From Chlorokybus atmophyticus (lineage: Eukaryota > Plantae > Mesostigma and Chlorokybus algae), in assembly GCA_009103225.1 (NCBI GenBank), contig RHPI01003422.1:63691-127690 (forward strand): DNA of 64,000 nucleotides, read 5' to 3'. The position numbers were made by a program, and so were the translations under genes. A model generated the notes under the pieces. That model was not told the origin of the DNA and made no database searches. It saw only the letters and a program-made list of their open reading frames with translations. Below are positions 14,750 through 27,651 of the stretch, in pieces (the stretch's first letter is position 1; the number at the start of each line of letters is the position of its first letter).

Positions 14750-17700
14750 TTATGGGATTAGTTGGATCAGTATGTCCCCCGTTGTGATGCTTTCGACAGT
14801 GAGGTTGAGTTGTTTGGGAGAGTTTTGTTGTTGAGGGCAGATTGAGCCCGACAGGAGGGTGCGGGACTGTTGCGTTATCGTGTAGAGGTCGCTCTGTTGG
14901 TTTGGTTGATAAGAGGCCGCCGCGGACTTGAGGTCGAGGCCGGGACGGTACTCCTCGACCTGACAGCAGAGAAGGTTGTTGGGTTGCGGAGCAACATGTT
15001 GTTGTGTGCATGTGTGCACATGGGCGTGCGCGTGCGCGTTCACATGTGCGTGTGCGTGCACGAGTGTTGCACATTGGCACATCAGCGTGCACACCTGTTT
15101 GGAGCCATGAGGCGCGCGCAGTGTGTAGTTGCCAGCGAAGCCACTGCACGCTCTTAGCATCAAGTTGGTGTTGCCCACGCGCACTTTGGACTGAAAGCAG
15201 AGGGACCTCAACACATGTGAGACATCACAATGTCGGTAACAAACAAAGTCCACAACACACCAACCTGTATGCTGCCCCCGGCAATGTACTTGAGTGACAC
15301 CCTCTCGCCCTCCCCTCCCCGCACGTCCACAGTCAACTTGCCCTCCTCTTGATCACATACAACCTGAGAACATAAAGGAGAACAGACAAGCCAACATATA
15401 GTTATGAGACTCATAGTCCCCCGAGCCAGCATGCAGACACGGGCATGTGCATGCAAACACAGCATGACATACACATGCACACGTACCAGCATATCGGCAC
15501 GAATTTGTGTGACTGCAAGCATGCATGGACACATGCGTGCATGCGTGCTACATGTGTCTCTACTGGTGTGTGCATGCAAGTGCACGCGTGCCTGCGTGAG
15601 CGTGTGCGTGTACGTGCACGTTCATGCGCATACACATGCACGTGCATGCGTGTCTCCATGTCCATGTCTTACCCACCGTTGGTATCGGGTACTGTGGATA
15701 CCCCTCTTTGTACTGCATCTCCGTTCGGCACGTGGCGAGGTTGTCCCCGCTCACCAACTCCACGTTGTCCGCGTTCACGTACCCGCCGTCGTCGCGCGCC
15801 AGGAGGAACGCAAAGTGGGACTTGAGAGAGGAGGCGTCGATAACACCCGTCGACGTGTTGAGGTTGATGCGGTTGGCCTGAAGGGGAGAACAGAGGAGTG
15901 GGGATGTGGGTGTGGGTGGGTGGGTGGGTGTGCGCGCGTGTCTCTGCGTGTGCACATGTGTGTCTGTGCCTGTGTGCGTGTGGATGCGTGTGGGTGTGTC
16001 TTACCCACAGTTGTTGGGCTTTAAGGGTGCCGATGTTGTTGCCAAGTGTGATGACGTCGAACCTGGCGTTCGATAGCCCTGCTGTCGTGATGTCGCCGAT
16101 GGTCACTTGGATATCCATCGCCGTCTGCTCTGTTGTTGTGTTGGAGTACGTACGTCAGTATGAAGATTAAGAAACATGACATCATCAGGCAGAGTGTTTG
16201 GTGAGAGTGCTCACAGCCAAATCTACAAAGCCAGCAGGGGATATGCCAACTTCTTGGTGCAAGCATAGAGCACATCACACGCACACGCACATACAACCAC
16301 GCGCATTTGGACGCACACTCACATGCGCACTCGCACACGCTCACGCATACACACCCGCGCACACACGCGCACACACCCACCCACCCACACCCACACTCAC
16401 CCAGCATGCACGACGCCGGCACGACCAGCACGACATCCGCCCTCCTGCAGCTCGTCTGTCCCGCCAACCTGTTGCTCGTCACGCACGACAGCGCCACATC
16501 GAACGAACCCACACCAAAATCCGCACTCGGGTCCGGCAGGGACGAGTTGTTGTTGCTGCTGTTGTTGTTGTTGTCGGCGGGTGTGATCGAGAGAGAGGAG
16601 ATGGAGGAGAGGATGGACTTGTCTTTGGCGCGGTTGGTGACCTTGAAGACCACGTCGACGGCGGAGGGGTCGGGGTCGGACTCGACACGCACGGTACCAA
16701 AGTCCTGGTGGGTTTGTTGATAGGGTTGGGTGCTCGCGTGTGTATGTGCGTGTGTGCGTGCGCGCATGCCTGTGTGTGCGCATGTGTTTCTGTGAACATA
16801 TGTAATGACACCACTATTACCATAAAGATGGAGAGTTTGTTGATGCGTCCTCCCCACGCGCGCATGGCTTTGTTGCCCGTCGCGCTGTCCCACTCCACGC
16901 GCTCCCTGTCAAAGTCAATGGTGTACCTGTACTCCTCCTGTTGGGGACTTGCTTCACTCACTGTGTCTCACGTCACACAACATCTCGCATGTCACACATG
17001 GCACACGCGCACGCGCATGCGCACACTGATACAGCACATGCATCATTAGTTACTTGTTCACATGCGTATTTTATTCACACGCATGTATATAGCGCGTGCG
17101 CGTGTGTGTGCGCGTGTGTCGCGTGTACAAGCTTGTAATCAGCTTGAACTGAATGCGAGTGAAGTGTTTGATTGCGTTTGTGTGTATTTTTACCGTGTGT
17201 GAGTTGATGGGCATGCGGCAGGTTTCAGCGTTGGCGAGGAGAACGGCGCCGACGAGGAGGAGGACAAAGACAGCACCGCCACCCAGAACCATTAACACCT
17301 GTTGCGTGTGCGTGTGCGTGTGCGTGTGCGTGTGCGTGTGCGAGTGGGTATTTTGGTTACCTTAATGACTCTTTCAACTCGGGTCTTTTGGCGTAGAAGC
17401 AGCGCCCGGCTGCGCTCAAACTGCCTGTACATACATGCATTGTAACATGAACTTGGTTGCAGACAGGGTGAGTCCTTGCTGTGACATGCGCAGGTGGTTG
17501 GCATACAGGGTGCATTGCGCGCGCGCGCGTGCGTGTGCGTGCATGCCCTTGAACGCATGCGCTAGAGGGATTCATGGACATGCAAACGACTTAATGCATG
17601 CATGTGTGCCTGATGATCTGTGTGCGCTCGGATATGAAAGTGTAATTGTAATCATGTACAGTCATGTGCACAGGTGTATCCCCCACTAGAGCCAGAAGCC

Positions 17701-18075
17701 ACTACCAAACAAACCCACACAAGCATGCGTGTTTGCATGTGTATGTGGCTCTCAATCCAAGCCTTCACCAACTTCCTTAGAAACCTTAGTTCAACCATGA
17801 TGAAACCATGATGAAACCATTGTTTCACACCGTTACCACTTCGAACCAACCAACAACCAAATCATGACGCAGATACCTTGATGCATGATTGCTGTCAACG
17901 TTGAGGAGTTGTTAATAGTTACAGGGTTACATCTTGTGTAACACAAGCTATGTTCTTGACATACTGACCTCCTGGCGTAGAGCGCCGCTTCCGATATCCC
18001 CCTGGCCGCCGCCTCATCCTCCAGACGATGAAAATCCTCATGCTGCTTCCTCAACAGCTCCTTCCTCCTCTTCAT
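14750..18075 (-). CDS. Uncharacterised type II membrane protein (charged N-terminus, one TM helix, long beta-rich ectodomain possibly of DUF4097/adhesin type), about 8-9 exons
   Basis: Phase-compatible exons give MKRRKELLRKQHEDF...RQFERSRALLLRQKTRVERVIK|VLMVLGGGAVFVLLLVGAVLLANAETC...YRYTIDFDRERVEWD...FGTVRVESDPDPSAVDVVFKVT...DIQVTIGDITTAGL...RINLNTSTGVIDASSL...LTVESITTGDILIQLIP*. One junction (~17140/16960) is unresolved. Confidence 0.7.
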
Positions 18076-18425
18076 CCCAGTCTGATACCTCCCCCCTCTT
18101 CTGCCTGCTCCTCTCCGTCGCCGCCGCCGCCGCCGCCTGGCCTAGACTACGCCCACGCTCTGGCCTAACCCTGGCTAACAGACCGCAGTTGCAACATAAC
18201 AAGCAACTCTGATTGATAATTAACTAGGCTATGTCTCCTCGGACGGCTGAAAATTCTGCTCAGACTCAACCAACGGTTAAGATGAAATTGCTGGTCACGT
18301 GAGGCGACGAGTAACGGCAAAGTAACGGGCGCGTTACGCGTCTGGATCGTTGCATTACGCGTGACGCTTCATGTCGAGTGAGGTTTTTATACGTTTGCCT
18401 TGGCGGCGGCGACGTCGGGTTGGTG

Positions 18426-20697
18426 ATGGAGGAGGTGGCGGTGGTGGTATTCGGGGTGGGCGGCGTGGGCTCCGCGCTGGTGCGGATGCTGGCGGAGGCC
18501 AGGGACCTGCACGCCCGCCAGGTATCGTGTGCGCATCGTCAAGCACGTCGATAAAAACCACTCGCTAAGAACGAAAACCCCACCACACCAATCCACTCGC
18601 TGTGACTGCTGTGAAACTCCTTCTCACACGCGTTCTTCTGTCAGGAGCGTCTGCATGTGTCCATCGCCGCCCTCTGCGACTCCCGCCACGCTCTCCTCAG
18701 CACAAAGCAAAGCAACTCCGCCGCTCACTCCTTGAGCGATGAGGCCGTGAGGGAAGCGCTGAGCTGCAAAGCCGCGGGGAGACTGATGACAAGCGTGCCG
18801 GACAAAGGTGTGCATGTGCATGTGCGTGTATGCGTATGTGGGTGTATGACAACGAGTGCGTTACTCGCTTTTATGTGCACTTTGTGCACATAATGCACGC
18901 ACCCATGCAGTTGCCGGGTGCATTGCTGTGGATCTCCCTGCACCCCAAGACCTCCTCCCTTGGCTCCTCAATACCTTCCCGCTCTCATCCAAAGAGGTGT
19001 GTTTGCTATGTACTGCGCTCTGTGTGCACATCTGTCATTGACAAATAACTCACGCACACTTCGCTGAGTGTGTGTTTGTCTCTAGCAAGGGCTCAGCACA
19101 TCGTAAAGTGGCGTTGATCGACTGCACTCCCAGTGAACACCTCTGCCCCGCCCTCGCGCAAGCAGCACAACGCGGATACGCCGTCATCACAGCCAACAAG
19201 CGACCAGTCACAGGCACGTGTGTGCGTGTCTCTCACCCCTCATCCAACATCACCACTCACCCACTTCTCACCCTCTTTGCAGGTTCCATGTCTCAGTACC
19301 GTCGGTTGTCCACCTTCCCCACTCGTTTGGGCCTCGAGTCCACGGTGGGCGCGGGTCTCCCCGTCATCGCGTGTCTCGACACGCTTATGAGAGCGGGAGA
19401 CGAGGTGAAGCGGGTACAGGGGGCACTCAGCGGCACGCTCGGGTGGGTGAAGAGTGTGGTTGTTGGGTGGAGTCATGTTGGGTGGGGTGGGGTTGGTGTG
19501 TGAGTGCGTTGGGGCGTTAGGTATCTGATGACGGCGTTGGAAGAGGGGAGGGCGTTCTCGAAAGCGGTGATGGCAGCCAAGGCAGCAGGGTGAGTGGTAC
19601 ATGTGTGTATGCAGTGCAACATACGCCAATACGCGTGTGCGCGCATGCACAGCGCTGCACGACATATGCACATGCACACATGTATGTGCATGTGCATATG
19701 TGTGTCTGCGTGTATCTGCGTGGATAGGTGTGTATGTGCGTGGTATGACAACACGCTGTGTGTGCGCGCGCGCGCATCTGTAGGTATGTGCGTGCATGCG
19801 GGTGCATGAGCGTGTGTCTTCGTGTATGCGTAGGTGTGTATGTGCATAACACAATATGTTGCGATGTGTGATATCAATCGCCTTTGACAATGCACAGCTA
19901 CACTGAGCCGGACCCGCGTGACGACTTATCCGGCACGGACGTTGCTCGTAAGGCCCTCATCCTCGGCCGACGGCTTGGTTGGGACTTGGAGTTGGATCAA
20001 GTCCAGGTGGAGAGTCTTGTGCCACCCGAGTTGGCGTCCGTCGATGTGGACACGTTCCTCGAGCGCGTGAAGGAGATGGATGAGGGGTTTAGGGAGAGGG
20101 TGGAGGGGGCGAGAGACAAGGGGTGTGTGTTGAGATACGCTGCGGATGTGGGAGAGGGCAGGTGGGTGTGATTGGCTGGTGTCAGTGTGTGCATGCACGT
20201 GCGCGTGACCGTGCGATTGTGTGTGTACCCATGCGTGTTTGTATACAGGTGCATGCGAGCGCGCATGTAGGTGTCATGCTTTGTGTGTGTGCCCACGCAT
20301 GCGAGTGTGGGCGTGCGTGTGTGCCCACGCAGGCGTGCATGTTTGTGTGACTGTGTATAACATCAACAGAAAGGCAGCGTGTTTGTGTTGCTGCTGACAG
20401 TGTTACACGTTGTTCTCCTCAGATGTGTTGTTGGTTTGAAAGAGGTGCCAAAGGACTCGCCGTTGGGGCGTTTGCAGGGCACTGACAATCTGGTAAAGAC
20501 AGGGTTTGTCTGTTTTCTGTCCCGTTCATGTTGGGTTACCAAATAGCATACGACGTAACATATGTCAGGTGGAGTTCACGACGCGATTGTACCCGGCAAT
20601 GGCCCCAATGGTGTTACAAGGAGCGGGCGCGGGGACCGAACACACGGCCTCCGGCATCATCGCAGACCTGTTGAGTATCATGGCCAGCTGGCATTGA
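18426..20697 (+). CDS. HSD: Monofunctional homoserine dehydrogenase family protein, 8 exons
   Basis: The NAD-binding start MEEVAVVVFGVGGVGSAL lies in a frame not called by the ORF track. Further motifs: VITANKRP, LESTVGAGLPVI, GALSGTLGYL, GYTEPDPRDDLSGTDVARKALIL, LQGTDNLV, GAGAGTEHTASGIIADL. There is no aspartokinase domain. Confidence 0.93.
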
Positions 20698-23600
20698 CAT
20701 GCGGAAAATCAACGAGCAAGCAAGTCAAGCCCACACTACACGCCCTGCACACGGATACACCTGTATTCAACAGCGGGAGCAGTGGGTACTGCGGTGGCTT
20801 ACATCTGGTGGTTGCGAGCAGGCTCACATCTTGTTCACGTGGCTGAGATCTTGTGCTTTGCGTTGACAGCAGCTCGATGTGTCTTGTGCCACAGACCCAC
20901 ATTGCACACGCCACTGACACACTAGCAAGTCCCGTTTTGTTGTCCTCATGTGAGGTTACAGCTCGCTAATGCAGGCAGCGAATTTAATCACGTCCACTAT
21001 AATGGCTGATCACACATACACACATTATCATAGTTCAGGTTGTGTAGCACATGGGCTACAAAGCAGCAATGGTTTCCACTCCTTACGCCCAACACCTACG
21101 CATCAGCAATGGCACTCACGGCTGGCGCACGACACCAACTTGATGATAGACCGATGTCAGCGCGCCAGCTACCACAAATACAGCGCAGTCAGAAAGTCAG
21201 CGTCTACATCAAGTGTATTGCATTAAACACTTTACATTGGTCTGGCTATGCAACTTTGTCACCATACTCAGCACAGCCATACTTGATAGCGCAGCACATG
21301 TACCACGACTCTATACACCCGGGCGTGTCGTCCTTGGACCGCCGCCAATGACATTTACCTCTGTCGTCAGCAATGCCGTTAGCAATGTCGCCCACATCGG
21401 CATGGCCACCACTGCACCATCATCTCCACGCATACGCTTGTTGCATTGCACACGACTGGCGACTTTTGTGTGATCGTACATGGGAAAGCAATGTGCTGCT
21501 TACTGAGGCTATGGGGGGTGAAGTGGGGGGTTAGACAAGGTGCGAGGTACGATAGCTTGCCAAACAATAGTGTTGTTGTGTTAGTCATTGCTTTAATTTA
21601 GGGCCCGCGGCTTGCTCATGTGTGTGTCATGTTTATACATTACTGTTCTTCCAGAGACGGCAACCTATTTGTTGATTGCCTATGTATCATATTTGCAAAG
21701 GGCAATTGCGCACACATATTGTATAATACATGCTACATATCCACAAACACTTATGATTTGTAAACAACCATCGGGCAAAACCACACGCCGGCATGCCACC
21801 CACCCTCTAGAGAGGCGGGATTATGGGTAGCTACCCATAATCCTACCTCTCTCGCCTCCCTTGTTACGCAGTGCACGCATGCATGCACTGCGGCCTTCAT
21901 TTCGCCCTCCCCCTTCTCTGCCGTTGCCCTTACCCTTCACGGTGGGAAGGTTTCTTTGTTTAAAAGAGACCATTGTTCTTGCGACAGGAGTCTTTTTTTT
22001 TATCAGATGATGCATACCACTGAGTTGTAAGCTTACATTTACTTTGCAACGGCATGCACGTGCAACCTGATGATAACGCACGTCATGTATTGTATTTCCC
22101 TTTTCTTCAAATTGCTTTAAACAAGAGCACCCATTTATGCCCAGTCTATTAACATTAGAGTAAAAAACGATTAGATACTCAAGAGAGCCAATGCATGTTG
22201 CACCTGTCATTTGTATTTTTGTATCATGTAATTACTATGTAACTTTCGTCAGTAGGCGTCTGCATTAGATTTCTTAAATTCAAAGTGTATCTGTAAGTTA
22301 TTAGTTTGCGCGCAAGTGAGTTGGCAAGCTAACAACTGCAGCGGTACAATGTGAGATTAAGTTTATACGACATGAGCCTAACTGAAAAACTTTTAGCAAG
22401 TGCTAAATCTATCCGTAATTCAAATATCATTGCATTGAATTTTGCTCATGCAAACTCGTGCAGCTTGTTGGCACACTTGAAAAATGAGGTACGTACGTGT
22501 TTTGCCAACATGTCCATGCTTTATGTTCAACAATTCATAAGCTATGACTTCGTAGCCGACCAGCTGCGTAACATGTGCTTGTAAAATGCGTTTTATTAGC
22601 GCCGATATATGCACTGTGCATGTGCATGTTTAATGCGTTCAGTTGATTAGTCTGCAACCAAATCGTTTACGGCTCAAACTCAAGGATTTATACCTTGATG
22701 GCACATCACACGATCATCGTTATGATAATGAAGCATTGATACGTTTCCATGAAAAACCTTTGCAATGGAAACGTAGCTAATAGAGCGGCAGCTAGTTGCG
22801 GAGTTGGATAAAGCAGGCAAGCAAAGCTACAACGCCGTTAAGCAGCTGATGCCTGCTAACTGCAACGTATTTTACAACGTTACAATTGTGTTCTCTATCG
22901 CACCTTCAATATAGTCGTTTGACGCAACCACAGCATGTTTGTTGCATGGAGTTACCCAAGCTGCATGAAGCGTTCGCATGTGCAGTTCAAAATGTCAAAC
23001 GCCAATGTGGAAGACGCTGGTCCCATATGCATATGAGTTGTGACGCATGTTTGTGGCATGCCATTATGAACGGGCGGCGCTGCAGAATTCAAGGTGAGCA
23101 CTCATGGCGGGCCGTGGGGGCACACCGATATGTTAATAATAGGTAAAATGGAAAGCATTGCATACACTTTCTGCATACACATATGCACAAAGTATGGAGT
23201 GCACGAACCTTCGATTTTTTGTGTTGTAAGTGCACCAAGGACTCCAGAGCGTGTGGACGTGACAAAGTGTATGGACATGGATGCAGTTAAACATCACTAG
23301 TTGAGCATTAGCATGTGCACGCGCCGCACAAGTTAGGAAAAACCCGCTTTTGCCTGCAAGCGGTGCCTTGCGCACATGCGCGTGTTGGTGAGCCGCACGA
23401 AAGGCATGTGTGTGTTGATAGCCATGACTTCATGCGTGCATATGGGCATGCGTGTTTCAGGCCTTTAATGACCGACACATGCCCGATGTGTCGGTAATTT
23501 GAAGCGCATGCATATGTTTAAATGCGCAAGCATGCATAGACATATGTACACATGTTAAACGTGTATATTGCAAATGGGATGGGGCTAATAAAGGCAATGA

Positions 23601-24249
23601 TGCATGCAAGCAAATCTTTGACTTGGATGCATTAGACCTTGTGACAATTCGCAATCAAGATAACCATCTTGTGGTGAGTACCAATAAATTTTGCTATTAA
23701 TGGTATATACATGCATGACGTTTGCACACAAACGTGTCTTTAACGCCATGTTTTGCATCATGCAAGCAATAATAAATAAATTACAAGTAAAATTGCTAAA
23801 ATAGCATAACTTCATTATAAGGAATAAAAGTATGTGATAACCGCATGTTTTCATCACAATATTAATGTTGGGTAAGTCCATCAATACTGACCTTGATTTC
23901 ATCCCCAAACCCAACACCGCCGCCGTTCAATGTAATGTTATTGCAGCAAGTTTGGACGTTCAATCACTCAACTTGTCGAGATTGCTCATCTTTAATGGTT
24001 TTCCAATGCGTACGGCATCAAATCAACACGCAGCACATCTGCTCTTTTACAAAAATTTACTTGATGTCATCCACGCTACTTGTAATACTTATGATTGATA
24101 AATCATGTTGCTACAGTGCACTTTTGATTGGCTCATTGGTGATCATTTATGTTTCCAACTTTACAACCAAAGAAATTGGTACAATGAGTTCGCAGAAATA
24201 ATTGGCCTTGGCCTTGGCCTTGGTTAAACAGGGTAAAGACAGATTTAGG

Positions 24250-24257
<8 letters not shown>

Positions 24258-24326
<69 letters not shown>
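24258..24326. repeat. (CT)n microsatellite, about 34 units
   Basis: Directly visible perfect dinucleotide run. Confidence 0.97.
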
Positions 24327-24328
<2 letters not shown>

Positions 24329-25353
24329 CGCACACGCGCGTCCGTGCATATAACACGCACACATCACTCACCTTGCCAGAGCGCATCAGAGCAGCAGATT
24401 GCACATGTGTACAAGGGGTATGGTACTGTGCCAGCATGCATCATTTGCATAGCCACGCACAACACACCCGCCTTCCCACCCTGCACCCTCACGCCTTGCT
24501 GTTGATGTTGCTCCTGCGCCGCTCTCCTGGGTTCTACCTTGCCGCTATGTCTGTGCTCAGATTGGTTTGATTGCTTGCTTGCTTCTCGCTTGCCGCTGAC
24601 CATTGCATCCTACTGCCGCGCCCCGCCTAGAGCACAATGTTGCTCTTGCCTGTCTTTGTGTCCAGTTTGCTTACTGCTTGTGGTGCATTTGAATTGCTTC
24701 TTTGCCCTACGACTTATACCTTATGCATGGTGTGCGGACAATGTGAAAACCATGCATTACAACCAATCTTCACAACTCATCATATAACAGTCATTACTGG
24801 GCTAGTACCATGGCTGCTTGCTAAGCTATGCTACTATTGTGCATGGCCGTAGCATGTGACTGCAAGAACTCACCAGCGTGCATATGTTGTTCCACTGGCA
24901 ATCCCATTGCTGCCAGCAACTTGATGAACATGCTTGAAGTGCTGCTGCAAGATGGATAACTGTTGTGCCTTCATTTATGCATTCCGGCATCGCATGTGCA
25001 GACATGTCCTACATGTGTCCATGTGTTGCATGCGTGCGTGCGCATGCCGAATTGTAGCTGTGCACATACACACACAAGTGTAGCCGAATACCCAATAAAC
25101 ACACGACCTTGGCGGAAACATGTCTACTTGATGGGTTTCCAGAGCAATCAGGGCAGATGGGATGCATTGACGATACACTTCAACAGGCGCAGCACCGCAC
25201 CGCACACCGCACAGTGATACATTACACAGTACAGTGGTACAATACAGTACACAACAGCCCTACGCTGCACTAGACTACATAAGCACCCAAGCAACAAATA
25301 CACATTCACGCAAGCAACCCTTCCCCGCAAGCTCCCTCGCCCTCTCACCCTCA

Positions 25354-27651
25354 TCAGCCTCCCGCAGTCACCTTCACCACAGCCAACGCGGTTGTGGCGG
25401 TGAGGAGCCTGTGGCACATCGCCACCCACGCATTGGTTGATGTCGAGTTCTCCTCCTGCATGCTGTCGGGGGCGCTGGTTTCAGACGTGGGCGTGGACAC
25501 CTCGCTTGAGGGCGCGGGTGTGGTGCTCGGCGTTAACGCTGTGACATATCTGTGGGCAGCGTGTAAGCATGCAAGGAGCTTGCGCGCCGCCTCACGTGCT
25601 TCTGGAAGTTGGTCTATCAGCAAATTGCCCCCAACCTGCACCAGCTCATCCAGCCCATAGGCTTGCAACTCCTCTGCACTCTGCAAGCAACACCAACACA
25701 ACATCAACATGTCAACAAGTCTGGTGTTGACGCTGTTCGGTATCAAACAGTAAGTGCTTGATACCAGACAACTTCCATCGTATGTTACCGGTAAATATCA
25801 CCACATGCACACACATACCCATGCATGCACTTGCCCACACGGACCCACCCGCATGCATGCACATGCGAGTATGACATCAATGGATTTTATCAATGCTCAC
25901 CATGCGCTGTACGGCTAGAGTCATGGCTTGTCCTGCTTTGGCCCGCACTCGGGGGCTCTTGCTGCCTTTGGCGTGTGTGAGCAGGGCGCGCACGCTAACG
26001 GAAGGGTACATGTATGTGGCGGCATCAGCCAACGCCGCTTCTGCAGCCTCAGCAACAAACCGCTTGTCCTGTCACAGAAATGCACATTTGTTGATATGCC
26101 ACTGACCCTTGCTGAACGCATGGATAGCGGGACAAAGCTTGAGCCTGCGCATATTGTGTGCGCGTACAATTTGTTTATGCAAGACGTGCCCATATCCGCA
26201 AACGTGTGTTTAGATATATGGGTTTGCATGTACATGCAGGTGCAGATGCAAGTGTATCTCTGTGTGTATGTGCGTTTGTTTGTATTAGTGTATGCATATG
26301 CGCATGTAGCTGTGTGCATATGTGCATGCATATGCGCTCGTGTATCTGCGCACAAACATGACTGTACGCGAATGCATGCTTTCGTGCATGTGTACACATG
26401 TATGGGTACAGTCAACTGCTACCTGAGAGGCTTTCAGAAGAAGTGGCAGTGTGCATTCGCCAAAAAGCGGTCCCGCGCGGTCCTGGAACGCATAAAACAC
26501 ATCTCCAAGACACAAGATCGCCGTCTTGCACAACGCGCTCCTTGGCGACTTCACGGACTTGAGACACAGCGACACCATCGCATCTCTGCTCAACAAGACA
26601 CAACAGTTGGCCCACAGCAAGCGGATGCATTTGACAAGCAAACCACAAACTCACATGACTGCAACTGTGAGTTTAACCCGAATAGCCACACATGTGACCT
26701 GTAGCTGAGAACAAAATGATTGAATGCATGAGACAAAAGCTTGACTCAATCAAATCAAGGTTGTGCCTGAGCTGACATCAGTTGTGGTTTAACAATGTGC
26801 GCACAAGTGTGTCAACCCGCACTTACAGCTGTGGCTCAGCAGCCACGGTATGATGCAAAGCAAGCCTCCGGGCCTCCCCGAGCGCTGTGCACACGCACGC
26901 CCAATCTGACGATGACAACCGCTCCTTCAAATCCTGCAGCAAATTGCACCACATCACGACCACCGTCACAAACAACCACACCATGACCAACCATTACCAT
27001 CATCATCATCTCCATCATACTTGTCAACGTCACCATCACCACCATCGCAAATACCTAATGCCTGAATAACCAACCACCACTACTACCTTCTATACTCACT
27101 TCAGTAACACCACCACACAACCATGACAACAACAAATCTACATTAGGGTTTGGGAGTTCTTGCTTGAGTGGTATTACATCCATCAAGGTTTCTTGCGTGC
27201 TTACTTGAAGGGCAGCAGAGGGGTCGTCGAGGGGTCTGAGCTCTTCCCTGGAGGGGTATTCCACGTCAATAGGGGTAGGTTCACGGCCCAGCTCAGAGTG
27301 GACGCCTAGGGCTTGACCTGGTGCTGGGCCTGGCATGGCCGTCTCCGACTGGGCGGCCGTGTGATTGACCTGGGAGAGGAGAGGCTTGATGTTGCCGTTG
27401 GGGGCTTGGATGGGGGCAAGGGGGGCTTTGACGGCCGGATAAGAAGAAAGAGGAGTAGCAGGAGAAGGACAAGCAGCAACCATAGCAGCGCCACCAAGCG
27501 GAAGCTGCTTGTTCTGGTTCTGATAAGCCACCTCCCTGTTCTCGTCGTTGGGCACGACGGCAGCGGACAGCCGCTTCGCCGTCACAGCGGCGGCACCGGC
27601 GTTCTCGTTGCTGAAGCTCCCGCCCCCGCCTCCGCCCCTGCGGTCCTTCAT
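25354..27651 (-). CDS. TOG/HEAT (ARM-repeat, CLASP-N/TOGARAM-like) microtubule-associated protein, about 5 exons
   Basis: A low-complexity N-terminus is followed by IDVEYPSREELRPLDDP|DLKERLSSSDWACVCTALGEARRLALHH|...LKSVKSPRSALCKTAILCLGDVF...LLLKASQ|DKRFVAEAAE...SPRVRAKAG|...NLLIDQLPEAREAARKLL. This is the pattern of plant single-TOG ARM proteins. Confidence 0.85.

Noticed and set aside
18371-18568. ORF-track MSSEVFIRLPW... as the N-terminus/transit peptide of HSD
   Set aside because: Wrong frame. The frame starting at ATG 18426 has the GVGGVG NAD-binding motif and splices in phase to exon 2.
19210-19280. Possible additional GC donor in HSD (ACAG|GCACGT)
   Set aside because: A nearby GT donor of the same phase is also possible, so it was not counted.
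24200-24620. Possible small gene around the (CT)n tract (GTGAGT donor-like site at ~24369)
   Set aside because: No coherent multi-exon ORF or recognisable motif.
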